From Polyangiaceae bacterium (GTDB lineage Bacteria; Myxococcota_A; Polyangia; Polyangiales; Houyiibacteriaceae): a DNA stretch of 45,598 nt. Under the pieces are notes generated by a model, which did no database searches, was not told the DNA's origin, and saw only the letters and a list, made by a program, of their open reading frames with translations. Positions 26,320 to 37,240 of this stretch are shown here, in pieces. The position numbers were made by a program, and so were the translations under genes. Numbering within the stretch: position 1 is the first letter of the stretch; each line of letters begins with the position of its first letter. The stretch lies in contig JALVDI010000062.1 in NCBI GenBank assembly GCA_027009115.1, positions 1-45,598 of the forward strand, written 5' to 3'.

Positions 26320-28428
26320 ATGCGTTGGCTGTTGTTCCTCGCGACCCTCTCGGCCTGTGGAGCGGCCAGTGGCGGCCCGGCGTTCTCTCCCACCTACCCC
26401 GACAACGTGGACGAGGCGATCCAGGCGGTGCTCACGAGGCTCCGCACCGCTCCGCCGAACGACGACGAGCCCGCGGTCGCCGCCGGGGTGACCGACGACG
26501 AGCTGATGGTCGTGGACCTCCGCGAGCGCCGGTTGCTGTGGCGACAAGCTGTCGTGAGCCCCGTAAGCGCGCCTCGGATCGCGGGCGAGCTGGTCCTCCT
26601 GCACGAACGGAGCGGGATCGTCGCCCGAGACCTGCGTAGCGGTGCGATCCGCTTCACTCAGCCAGACGAGGCGCTCTACCTCGCGGGCGCCGACGGCGAG
26701 GGTGAGCGCACGGTCCTGAGCCTCACGACGGGCGGCGGCGTCGGAGCGCGCTCCAAGATCGTGCTCGCCCGGGCCGGCCACATCGTCTGGACGAAGTCCA
26801 TCGACTACGCCGCCGGTGCCCCCGCCCTCGCCGCGGGCATGGTGTTCATCCCCTGGGCTACGCAGAACCTGAGCATCCTCGACGCCGACACGGGCGAAGA
26901 GCTCGCGCGCGTGCGGATCGCCGACACGGTGATCGGCCGCGCCTTCCGGCAGGGCAACAGCGTCTACTTCGGCCAACGCGGCCTCTTCCGGCTCACGGCG
27001 AGCATCACCGGCGGGCGGACGGAGGCGGCGGCCTATTTCGAGCCGCAGCTTCCCGAGTTCCCTGGGGACCCGCCGTTCATGGTCGACCCCTATCAACCGG
27101 CTCCTGCGCCCTCGAGCGCGTTGCACCGCGTCCGCTATGCCTGGCACGCCGCCGGCGAGGGTGACGAGGTGCGCCTCGCCGACGACAACCTCTACGCGAT
27201 CTTCTACCGCGTGGTCTTCGCGCTCGACCCTGCCGGCGATTCGGTCCGGTGGGTCTACGTGCACGAACGGGACATCGTGGGGGCCCAGGGACAGGCGGGC
27301 GGCCTCCTCATCGCCGACGCCGACGGCGGTTTCACACGTCTCTCGGCCCACGATGGGCTGCCGCACTGGAGCCATGACGCCGACACCACGGCGCTGGCCG
27401 CCTCGCTCCGTGCAGAAGGTTTCGCGCCGGACGAAGGCCCCCAAGGACAGGCCGCGCCGCTCCGCGACCAGCTCCTCGCTGCCGCGCACGATCCCGACGC
27501 CCGCCTCGTGCCCGCCCGGGTCCTGGCGACTCGGATGCTGGCGGCGCTTCCCGAGGCCGAGGCAACCGGCCACCTCATCGCCCTGTGCGACGACCGGCGG
27601 GCTCCCCCGCCGGTGAAGACCGCCGCCTGCGAGGCCCTGGCCGAACGCACCACCGGCTCGGAGCTCGTGCTGGAGGCCCTCGAGCGCCACGCGCGCTTCC
27701 TCGCGCAAACCACCGCCCCGCCGGTTGGAGCCCTCGCCCGAGCTGCGGTGCACATGCAAGCCCGAGAGGCGGTGCCGCTGCTCTTGAGCCACGTGCGCGA
27801 CCCCGCGACGGAGGCGCCGGACCTGGCACCGCTCATCGACGCCATCGCCGCCCTCGGCGATCGCTCCGCGCTGGAGCCGCTGAGGGACTTTCTGCGTCTC
27901 TACCACGCCGAAGCGACGGACGACGCCCTGGTCGCCGCCGTCGGTGCAGCCGCCGACGCCCTCGTGGCGCTCGAGGGCGCCTCCGCGGCCGAGACCATCG
28001 AACCCCTCGCGGAAGACCCGCTCGCGCCGGAGCCCGCGCGGGCACGGCTCCGCGCCACCTTGAGCGCCCTGGCGGCCGAAGAGGAGCAGGGAGAGGAACC
28101 CCCGAGCGACGGGGAGGGTGAGGCCACGACCGATGACGGCGCGACCGATGCCGCGACCGACGAGCGCCCCGAGCGCATCGACGCCGCCGTCGTGGCTCGA
28201 ACGCTCGACCCGGTGCAGGCCGAGCTGAGGGCCTGCCTGCGCCAAGACTCCGAAGGGGCCCGGGCGGCGCGCCTCGTCCTCCGCATCGGCGGCGACGGCA
28301 CCCTGCAGCACGTGAGCGTCTCGCCCCGGCGCCTGGCCGGCTGCATCGAGCCGATCGTACGGCGCGCGCGCTTCCCGGCCAGCCGGCGCAATGTGAACGA
28401 GCAGGTCACCTACCGCGTGCGACGCTGA
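26320..28428 (+). CDS. Lipoprotein: PQQ/BamB-like beta-propeller + HEAT repeats + C-terminal TonB-C/AgmX-like domain
   Basis: LSAC lipobox. Propeller blades (VDLRERRLLWR, ARDLRSGAIRF, ILDADTGEELAR, ALDPAGDSVRW), a helical HEAT region, an acidic linker, then LRAC…LRIGGDG…GCIE..VRRARFP. Confidence 0.75.
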   Translation: MRWLLFLATLSACGAASGGPAFSPTYPDNVDEAIQAVLTRLRTAPPNDDEPAVAAGVTDDELMVVDLRERRLLWRQAVVSPVSAPRIAGELVLLHERSGIVARDLRSGAIRFTQPDEALYLAGADGEGERTVLSLTTGGGVGARSKIVLARAGHIVWTKSIDYAAGAPALAAGMVFIPWATQNLSILDADTGEELARVRIADTVIGRAFRQGNSVYFGQRGLFRLTASITGGRTEAAAYFEPQLPEFPGDPPFMVDPYQPAPAPSSALHRVRYAWHAAGEGDEVRLADDNLYAIFYRVVFALDPAGDSVRWVYVHERDIVGAQGQAGGLLIADADGGFTRLSAHDGLPHWSHDADTTALAASLRAEGFAPDEGPQGQAAPLRDQLLAAAHDPDARLVPARVLATRMLAALPEAEATGHLIALCDDRRAPPPVKTAACEALAERTTGSELVLEALERHARFLAQTTAPPVGALARAAVHMQAREAVPLLLSHVRDPATEAPDLAPLIDAIAALGDRSALEPLRDFLRLYHAEATDDALVAAVGAAADALVALEGASAAETIEPLAEDPLAPEPARARLRATLSALAAEEEQGEEPPSDGEGEATTDDGATDAATDERPERIDAAVVARTLDPVQAELRACLRQDSEGARAARLVLRIGGDGTLQHVSVSPRRLAGCIEPIVRRARFPASRRNVNEQVTYRVRR

Positions 28429-28476
28429 GGCCTTCGATGCGTGACGCACCGCTTTGTTGTCCCCGCCGCTCCCGTC

Positions 28477-28492
28477 TGGCACGCCTCGGGCT
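28477..28492 (+). promoter_or_regulatory. Possible sigma-54 (-24/-12) promoter
   Basis: TGGCACGCCTCGGGCT: GG-N10-GC spacing and a perfect -24 element, but a weak -12 (GGGC instead of TTGC). About 45 bp before the LpoA-like start. Confidence 0.3.
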
Positions 28493-28537
28493 GTGGTGGC
28501 GGCGGTGGCGCGTACAGACGTCCTGGGAGCGCTCGAG

Positions 28538-30421
28538 GTGAGCTGGCGTGCCGCCTGGCTCTGCGCGGTCGGGGTCGTCCTCGTCATGGGAGGTTGCCCA
28601 CCCAGGAGCTCGAAGGAGCGGACGCTGCCGGCCGTCACGAGTGACGATCCCGCCGCCGAGGCATCGCTCCGGCAGGCCCAGGAGGCCGCGGACGCCGGCG
28701 ACCTCGACGCTGCCGAGGACCGCTACCGCGCCTTCTTGCGAGACTTCCCCGACGACCCCCTCGTGGCCCTCGCGCACCTCGGGCTCGGGCGGGTGCTCCT
28801 CGCCAAGGGCGCCATCGCCCAGGCCCGCGCCGAGTTCGCGCCCCTTGGCGAGCACCCGGACCCAGCGCTCGCGGAGCGCGCACGCCTCTACGAAGCGGTC
28901 GCGATGCACCTCGGAGGCGAGAGCGCCCAGGCCATCGAGCGCCTGCGGCCTCTGGCGGGCCGCACCGCCGACCCGGACGACACGGCCCTGCTCTACCAGA
29001 CCCTCGGGGCAGCCGCCGAGCGCCTGGGCCAACGCGCAGAGGCCGTCGCCGCTTACGACGCGCTCGTCCGCAGCGAAGCCCCGGCGGAGGCCAAGACCGA
29101 GGCACGGACCCGCCTCGACGAGCTGGTGAGGGCTCTGGACGCCGACGAGCTCGACGGGCTCTTCGACCGCCTCCCTCGGGACGGCCACGCCTGGCCCGAA
29201 GTGGGTCGCCGCGCGCTCCGGGAGGCCTTCGCGCGGGGTGACCTGGCCCGAGTGCGGTCCGTCGCCGCAGCCCTCGAGGCCCAGGACGTCCCCCTCGACC
29301 GCGACCTCCAGTCGATCGCGCTTCGCGCCGAACGGACCGGGCGCACGGATCTGGGCGCCATCGGCGCCATCCTCCCGCTCACGGGCCGCGGGCAGGAGGT
29401 CGGCCGGCTCGCGCTGCAAGGACTGATGCTGGCCGCAGGGCTCCCGCCGGAGGCTCCGCCCGGCCCTGGGACGCCTCGCATCTTCTTCCGCGACAGCCGC
29501 GGTGAGGCCGCCCGCGCCGCCCGTGCCGTCGACGATCTGGTGACCCTGCACCAGGTCGTCGCCATCGTGGGCCCAGTGGACGCCCGCGCCGCCCGCGCCG
29601 CCGCACATCGCGCCCAGGAGCTCGGCGTACCGATCCTCACCCTGAGCCCCGAGCGCTCGGTGGTGGACGAAGGCGAGCTCGTCTTCCGCCTCTTTCCTTC
29701 CCCGCAGGACGAAGCAGAGGCCCTCGTGGCCTACGCGCTGGCTCGGGGCGCGCACCGCTTCGCTGCCTTCCGGCCGGACCACGGTTACGGGGCCACGATG
29801 ACTGGCGCCGTGCAGCAGGCGGTGCAGCGGCGCGGCGGCGAGTGGGTCGGTGAGGTCCGCTACTCCCCCGAGGCGACGTCCTTCGGGGAGCCCCTTCAGG
29901 CGCTCGCGGGGCTTCGTTTCGACGCCCTGCTGATCCCGGACCACGCGCGGCGAGTTGCCCTCATCGCGCCGGCCCTCGCCGCCGCAGGGTACTGGAGCGG
30001 AGCGCCCGGTGCGCAAGCCCCGGCCGGTGCGCGGCCCGTCCAACTCCTCGTTCCGAGCGTCGGGCTCGACGAGGCGCTGCTTCGGACCACGAGCCGCTAC
30101 CTTCAGGGCGCAGCCTTCGCCCACGCCTTTCCCCCCGGCAGCGTCGAGGGGCTCAGGCGCGAGTTCGCCGACGCCTTCGCCGAGCGCTTCCGGCGCAGCC
30201 CCGACGCCTACGCGGCCTCGGCCTTCGACGCCTTCCACCTGGTGCGCGCCGCGGTCGCCGCAGGGGCCCGGTCGCGCGAGGAGGTCGCCCAACGCCTCGC
30301 CTCCGGCCTGGAAGTCGACACCGTGGGGCCGAGCCGCGGCTTCGACGCCCACCGCCAGCCACTCCACGGCACGCGGGTGTGGGTCTTGGAAGCGTCGGGT
30401 CTTCGTCCACCGCCGCCGTGA
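28538..30421 (+). CDS. LpoA/LppC-like lipoprotein (TPR + type I periplasmic-binding fold; putative PBP activator)
   Basis: GTG 28538 gives a lipobox (MGGC). TPR N-terminus (FLRDFPDDPL), IGAILPLTG, AIVGP, FDALLIPD, ASAFDA. Confidence 0.8.
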   Translation: MSWRAAWLCAVGVVLVMGGCPPRSSKERTLPAVTSDDPAAEASLRQAQEAADAGDLDAAEDRYRAFLRDFPDDPLVALAHLGLGRVLLAKGAIAQARAEFAPLGEHPDPALAERARLYEAVAMHLGGESAQAIERLRPLAGRTADPDDTALLYQTLGAAAERLGQRAEAVAAYDALVRSEAPAEAKTEARTRLDELVRALDADELDGLFDRLPRDGHAWPEVGRRALREAFARGDLARVRSVAAALEAQDVPLDRDLQSIALRAERTGRTDLGAIGAILPLTGRGQEVGRLALQGLMLAAGLPPEAPPGPGTPRIFFRDSRGEAARAARAVDDLVTLHQVVAIVGPVDARAARAAAHRAQELGVPILTLSPERSVVDEGELVFRLFPSPQDEAEALVAYALARGAHRFAAFRPDHGYGATMTGAVQQAVQRRGGEWVGEVRYSPEATSFGEPLQALAGLRFDALLIPDHARRVALIAPALAAAGYWSGAPGAQAPAGARPVQLLVPSVGLDEALLRTTSRYLQGAAFAHAFPPGSVEGLRREFADAFAERFRRSPDAYAASAFDAFHLVRAAVAAGARSREEVAQRLASGLEVDTVGPSRGFDAHRQPLHGTRVWVLEASGLRPPPP

Positions 30422-30437
30422 GGCGCCCGGGGCCCGC

Positions 30438-31649
30438 TCACTGCATCAGGAACAGCGCCGCGCCCCCGAGAACGAGCGCCAGGAGCAGACCCGCGACGAG
30501 CCCCACGACCAGCCCTCCCCGCGGGCCTTTGGGCCGCGCCTCGGGCGCACCGGTCGCCACGGGCACGGTGATCCGATCGCGCTCACTCGGCTCGGCCGGC
30601 CCGACGGCAGGCGCCGGCGCAGCGACTTGCGGCGGCGCGGTCAAGGAGAGCGCCCGCGCGATCTCCGCTCTCGGCGTCTGGCCCCAGCGGCGGTGATCCC
30701 CCTCCAGGCCGAAGGCCCGAACGACCTCGTCCGCGAAGGCGCCCGCAGAGCTCGGCCGCTCGGCCTTGTCCTTGCGAAGCCCACGGAGCACCACCTCGTC
30801 GAACGCGGACGGGTAGCGCGGGTTCAGGGAGCTTGGCGGCGGCGGATCCTGGTTGACGATCTTCATCAGGATCTCCGCGACGTTCGCCCCCTCGAAGGCG
30901 ACCCGCCCGGTCGCCATCTCCCAGAGGATCGCAGCGATGGCGAAGACATCGGTCCGCTGGTCGACGTCGAGCTTCCCCATCGCCTGCTCCGGCGACATGT
31001 AGTACGGCGATCCGAGGGTCGTACCGAAGGCGGTCAGCTTCGGGCCGGTCTCCATCTGCAACTTCACCGAGCCGAAATCCAGCACCTTCACGACGTCTCC
31101 TTCGTCCGACTGCACGAGGAACACGTTGTCCGGCTTGAGGTCGCGGTGGATGACGCCAAACGAGTGCGCGTGGTCGAGGGCGGAGGCGAGCTGACACACG
31201 ATACGGAGCGCACGATCCGGAGAGAGGGCTCCTTCGCGCGCGATGGCCGCGCTCAGCTCCTCCCCGCGCAGGTACTCCATGGTCAGAAACCAGGAGCCAT
31301 CGCCGGTCTCGCCGAATTCCTCGACCCTCACGATGTTCGGGTGGTCGAATTCCTCGGCCGTCTCGTACTCCCTCTTGAAGCGCTCGACCGCGACCGCGTC
31401 CTTCGCGACCTCGGGATGCAGCACCTTGATGGCCACCTGCTTCTTCGTCTGGGGGTGACGCCCTTCGTAGACCCGACCCATCGCCCCGTCAGCAACGCGG
31501 GCGGCGACGATGTACGACTTGAGCTGTGTGCCAAGGCGCGGGTCGAAGTCGTCGGGGTCCTGCTCCTGGATCGTGACCGTGCCGTCGTGCCCACAGAAGA
31601 ACACGTCGTCCCCATAGACCGCTGCGCATGCCGGACATTTGCGCGCCAC
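30438..31649 (-). CDS. Ser/Thr kinase with N-terminal Zn-ribbon and C-terminal TM anchor
   Basis: GTG 31649. CPAC…CGHDG, VAIK, HRDLKPDN, DFG, GSPYYMSPEQ, terminal hydrophobic helix. Confidence 0.92.
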   Translation of the reverse strand: MARKCPACAAVYGDDVFFCGHDGTVTIQEQDPDDFDPRLGTQLKSYIVAARVADGAMGRVYEGRHPQTKKQVAIKVLHPEVAKDAVAVERFKREYETAEEFDHPNIVRVEEFGETGDGSWFLTMEYLRGEELSAAIAREGALSPDRALRIVCQLASALDHAHSFGVIHRDLKPDNVFLVQSDEGDVVKVLDFGSVKLQMETGPKLTAFGTTLGSPYYMSPEQAMGKLDVDQRTDVFAIAAILWEMATGRVAFEGANVAEILMKIVNQDPPPPSSLNPRYPSAFDEVVLRGLRKDKAERPSSAGAFADEVVRAFGLEGDHRRWGQTPRAEIARALSLTAPPQVAAPAPAVGPAEPSERDRITVPVATGAPEARPKGPRGGLVVGLVAGLLLALVLGGAALFLMQ

Positions 31650-31687
31650 GGCGCGATGGTAACCCCTCACCCCATCGGCGGAAAGCC

Positions 31688-32374
31688 TCACCAGCGCATC
31701 CACCGGCGCTCGGTCGGATCGTAAGCCAGGGTGAGCTCGTCGTCGGCTTCGGTCCGCACACGGAAACACACGAGCTGCTCTCCGGCGACGCCGCCACCCT
31801 CCTCCCAGCGGCCCAGCACATCGCTGATGCGCTGCCGCCGCCCCCCCTCGACGAAGGCCGTCGGTGCGAAGGGCCAGCCCGTCGCCCGGCGCGTCGACAC
31901 ATGGAGACCGGGCGCGCAGGGATCCCACGGCGGAGGCGCGATGCCTGCCTCGCGCCGAAGCTTCGTGACCGCCTCCTCGACGGCCCCGAGCAACGCCTGG
32001 GTCGTGCCCCGGGCCTCCACCACCACCACGAGCGCGTACCCCTCGCCGAGGGCCCGGACCACGAACTCGCGTCCGACGCCCGCGACCTCGAGGCTCGACG
32101 GATGCCCGGCACCAAGCCCCCTGGCGAAAGTACGCACCCGGTCCATCACGAGCCGCATATGTGCCCCGGCAACGCGGGCCTCGTATGGGGAGATCGCCGA
32201 GCAGTAGTCCACCGTCTCGCCTTCGTCGTCGACGAACACCGCGGCCAGGATCGCGGGCTCGCGCGTCCACAGCTCGCGCAGGGTCGGCGTGAAGAGGGTC
32301 TCCTCCATGTCCCGCGCGGCCTCCTCGCTGGGCGCACGGATCCGCAACGCGAAGGTCGACGAGCGCCGGTTCAC
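31688..32374 (-). CDS. Roadblock/LC7 (MglB/MglC-like) protein with an extra C-terminal beta domain
   Basis: FTPTLREL…ILAAVFVDDEGETVDY…LGEGYALVVV…LRREAG. GTG 32374 overlaps the upstream stop (GTGA). Confidence 0.7.
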   Translation of the reverse strand: MNRRSSTFALRIRAPSEEAARDMEETLFTPTLRELWTREPAILAAVFVDDEGETVDYCSAISPYEARVAGAHMRLVMDRVRTFARGLGAGHPSSLEVAGVGREFVVRALGEGYALVVVVEARGTTQALLGAVEEAVTKLRREAGIAPPPWDPCAPGLHVSTRRATGWPFAPTAFVEGGRRQRISDVLGRWEEGGGVAGEQLVCFRVRTEADDELTLAYDPTERRWMRW

Positions 32375-33237
32375 AAGCCGAGCTCCAGGGCCATCGCGTG
32401 CCGAATCGCCACCTCGTGGCGCGTCACGCCACGCTCCCGCTCGAGCCTCTCGACGAGGGCGTGGAGCCGCGCAAAGCGACGCTGGGCGAGCAGTTCGTCG
32501 CGGAGCCAGCGGCGGCGCGATTCGAAGCTCGGCACGAACTCCGGCAGCACGACCCGAACCACGATCACGTGCCAACCGTAGGAAGTCCGGACTACTCGAG
32601 GCACGACCCCAGGCTCCTCGAGGGCGAAGGCAGCCTCGCGAAACGACGCCTCCAGGGGAGCGTCCGGACCGAAAAGCGGCACCTCCTCGACGACGAGGTC
32701 CGGGGCCGAACGCCAGCGTTCGAGATCCGGGTCCTGAGCGAGGGCAAGAAGCACGGCCTGGGCGCGCACTCGCGCGGCCTCCTCGATGGCGGCCGGCGCC
32801 CCTTCGGCCACCGGCACCAGGACGTGCACGACGCCGCGCTGTGCGGGGCGCCTCCAGTCCGCGACCCGCTCTTCGTAGAGCGCGCGCAAATCTTCCTCGG
32901 AGACCTCGTCGGATACCTCGGCGGCCACCTCCCGCAGCAACGCCTGGACCGCCGCGCGGCGCGCCTCTCGTCGCACCCGCACCTCCCCGGCGTAGCCCTC
33001 CTGCTCGGCCTCCAGCGCCAGGAGCAGCTCCCCCTCGAGACGGTCGAGGGCCTGCCGTGGGGCAAGGCGGCCCCGCCGAGCCAGCGCTGTCACCTCGGCG
33101 CGCCTCACGGGGTAGCCTTCGACGGTCGCGACGATCTCACCGGTCGCTCGCGCGTCCCCCCGGACGACCTGCCGGCGCGCCGGAGGCTCACCGCCGGCGC
33201 ACGCCACCAGGAGCAGCAGCGCGAAGGGACGCATCAC
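32371..33237 (-). CDS. PpiC/parvulin-type peptidyl-prolyl isomerase lipoprotein
   Basis: LVAC lipobox, VATVEG SurA-like N-terminus, HVLV, FREAAFAL..PG..VRTSYGWHVI. Confidence 0.85.
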   Translation of the reverse strand: MMRPFALLLLVACAGGEPPARRQVVRGDARATGEIVATVEGYPVRRAEVTALARRGRLAPRQALDRLEGELLLALEAEQEGYAGEVRVRREARRAAVQALLREVAAEVSDEVSEEDLRALYEERVADWRRPAQRGVVHVLVPVAEGAPAAIEEAARVRAQAVLLALAQDPDLERWRSAPDLVVEEVPLFGPDAPLEASFREAAFALEEPGVVPRVVRTSYGWHVIVVRVVLPEFVPSFESRRRWLRDELLAQRRFARLHALVERLERERGVTRHEVAIRHAMALELGL

Positions 33238-33413
33238 TCCCCCAACGAGGGACGAAGAAGCTCGACGCCCGCGCCCAGGAGCGCCAAGCCGATGAACGAC
33301 AGCAGGATCGCCGCCACGTAGTCGTGCGCGCGCAGGTCCATCACCCCGAGGAAAAGCGTGACCAAAGCAGCGAGAAGGAGCAATGTCCCCAGTCCTTCGC
33401 GGAGGCGGCTCAT
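33234..33413 (-). CDS. Small two-TM membrane protein (about 59 aa)
   Basis: Two hydrophobic helices; stop overlaps the PpiC start. Start at ATG 33413 or GTG 33428. Confidence 0.7.
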   Translation of the reverse strand: MSRLREGLGTLLLLAALVTLFLGVMDLRAHDYVAAILLSFIGLALLGAGVELLRPSLGE

Positions 33414-33441
33414 GGCGTCACGTCTCACTCGAGCCCCGGGC

Positions 33442-35364
<1,923 letters not shown>

Positions 35365-35425
35365 CGCTTCGGCTCCTCTCCCGCGGCGCGCCACGCGAGC
35401 AGGCCGGGCTGCCGTCGAGCGACGC

Positions 35426-37102
35426 TCATCCGCCCATGCGAGCCCGGAGGCGCGCCTGGATGGGGAGCGCCTCCCGCGAAAAGGCGTTCCAGACTGCGCG
35501 CCCCTCTTCGGTCCGCCGCAGCTCGTCGATCTTGTCGATCGCTGCTTGGCTGCCCGCGGTGGCCACGCGATCGAGCGCGGACACTGCCGAGAGACGAACC
35601 TCGACGTCGGGGTGCCCGAGCTTCTCGACGAGCGCGTTGATGACCTGCTCGTTTCCGCGCCCGAGGCGGCCCAGCATGAAGGCCGCCTTGCGGACGACGT
35701 CCTTGTCCGAATCGTCGAGCTTGCGGATGTAGCAGGCGATGTCCTCGTCGCATTCGTTCGCGACGGCGATGGCCTTCTCCGTGCCCTGCTGGAAATTCGT
35801 GTAGTAGGGGTCGTCCTCGGCGCTGGCAAGCCAGCGGGTCAGCTGCTCCATCTCGCTCTTGTTGGCGAGCAAGGCGTAGGCGGTGACCGCCTCCAGCCGC
35901 ACCGGCGGCTGCTGATCGGTGTCCTTGGCTTGCTCCAGGAAGAACGGCAGAAACCCTGGATCGTAAAGCGAACGCATCGCGGCGATGAGCTGCGCCTTGA
36001 AAGCGACCCCCTGATAGTCGTCGGGCACGCCCCGATACACGTTCATGAGCGTCTCGCGCACCCGCGGCAGGTCCTCCGGCTCGAGGTTCAGCCGCACGAT
36101 CGCGATGGCCGCGTTCACACGCCGGAACTGATCCTCCGCCTGCGTCTCGGCGAGCAGCGGCTCGAGGGCCTCGCGGAAGCCAAGGGAACCCAGCGCGTAG
36201 GTCGCCTCAGCGCCCACGATCTGCTGCACGCTCATCTGCGCCGCCGCGTTCTCGTCCCGCTGCCGAACAGCCTCGATGTAAGCCTGGGCGATGGCGTTGG
36301 CTTCCTCGTTCTCGCCCCGCAACGTCCGAAGCAGCGGTTCGAGGGCCGGCCGGCCCACGCGAACGAGCACCTCGGCGGCCACGTCGTTCATACGCATCGC
36401 GGGATTGTTGGGAGCGAACAGGTACAGCCCCTTGATCATCGGCTCGACGGCCTCGGCCCCAGCGACGGCGCCGAGCTGCTCGGCGGCGAGTCGGTTGATG
36501 AGAAAGTTCTGCTCCTCGGTCTGGGTCGTGGCGATGCGCGTGAGGATCGGCGTGGCCGCTGGGGTCGCCAGCGCACCGAGCGCTCGGAGCATCTCGATGC
36601 GCATGCGGTTGTCGACACCCCGAGATTGGCGCACCTTGGCCAGCGCCTCTCCCAGCTTGGCGGCGACGTTGGCGCGCTCGCCCTCAGGCACCTCGATGAA
36701 CTTGAGGGTCTGCGCGGCGCGGATGGCGTGCTCTTCGGACACCTCCTGGCGCCAGTCCAACGCCTGGATCAACGCCGGCAGCGTGCAGGGGTGCCGAATC
36801 TCGTTCATCAGGTCCAACATCGCCAGCCCGTTCTGCGTGTCCATGGGGTTGTCGATGTAGGCCTGCACGAGCTTGTCGCAGATGGCCTCGCGGACCTCGA
36901 CGACCGGAGCGGCGTCCCGGTTGCCTTCGTTGTCCTGAAGCGCCTTGGACCAGATCTTCTGCAGGTTGCGGATGGCGTTCTGGCGCCGGACCGGATCCGA
37001 CAGCTCCTCCGCCTGCCCCGCGGGGTCGTCCGGCGCGGCGTGGCACGCCACGACGATCGAGGACAAGAGACTCAGCAAGATCCCTAGCGTCAGCCTTTTC
37101 AT
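35426..37102 (-). CDS. HEAT-repeat lipoprotein (558 aa)
   Basis: ATG 37102 with GAGGGAG RBS, VVAC lipobox, HEAT units (DKDVVRKAAFMLGRLG, DVEVRLSAVSALDRV). Confidence 0.85.
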   Translation of the reverse strand: MKRLTLGILLSLLSSIVVACHAAPDDPAGQAEELSDPVRRQNAIRNLQKIWSKALQDNEGNRDAAPVVEVREAICDKLVQAYIDNPMDTQNGLAMLDLMNEIRHPCTLPALIQALDWRQEVSEEHAIRAAQTLKFIEVPEGERANVAAKLGEALAKVRQSRGVDNRMRIEMLRALGALATPAATPILTRIATTQTEEQNFLINRLAAEQLGAVAGAEAVEPMIKGLYLFAPNNPAMRMNDVAAEVLVRVGRPALEPLLRTLRGENEEANAIAQAYIEAVRQRDENAAAQMSVQQIVGAEATYALGSLGFREALEPLLAETQAEDQFRRVNAAIAIVRLNLEPEDLPRVRETLMNVYRGVPDDYQGVAFKAQLIAAMRSLYDPGFLPFFLEQAKDTDQQPPVRLEAVTAYALLANKSEMEQLTRWLASAEDDPYYTNFQQGTEKAIAVANECDEDIACYIRKLDDSDKDVVRKAAFMLGRLGRGNEQVINALVEKLGHPDVEVRLSAVSALDRVATAGSQAAIDKIDELRRTEEGRAVWNAFSREALPIQARLRARMGG

Positions 37103-37203
37103 AGCGCTCCCTCGCTCCCTCATGCGGCCCGCGCCGCCCATCCAGCCCCCCCCGACGCCCAACGATACGCAATACATCCCGTGGGCTTACGGAAGCGACG
37201 GGG

Positions 37204-37233
37204 ACGATATGCCGCCGCGGGAAGAGGTGTCAA
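37204..37233 (-). promoter_or_regulatory. Sigma70-type promoter for the HEAT lipoprotein operon
   Basis: Minus strand TTGACA (37233-37228), 18 bp, TATCGT (37209-37204). Confidence 0.55.
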
Positions 37234-37240
37234 CGAGCTT

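Noticed and set aside
37127-37160. G-quadruplex or phase-variable G8 tract in the HEAT lipoprotein leader
   Set aside because: G-runs of this length are expected in such GC-rich DNA and the tract is outside the promoter spacer and the CDS.
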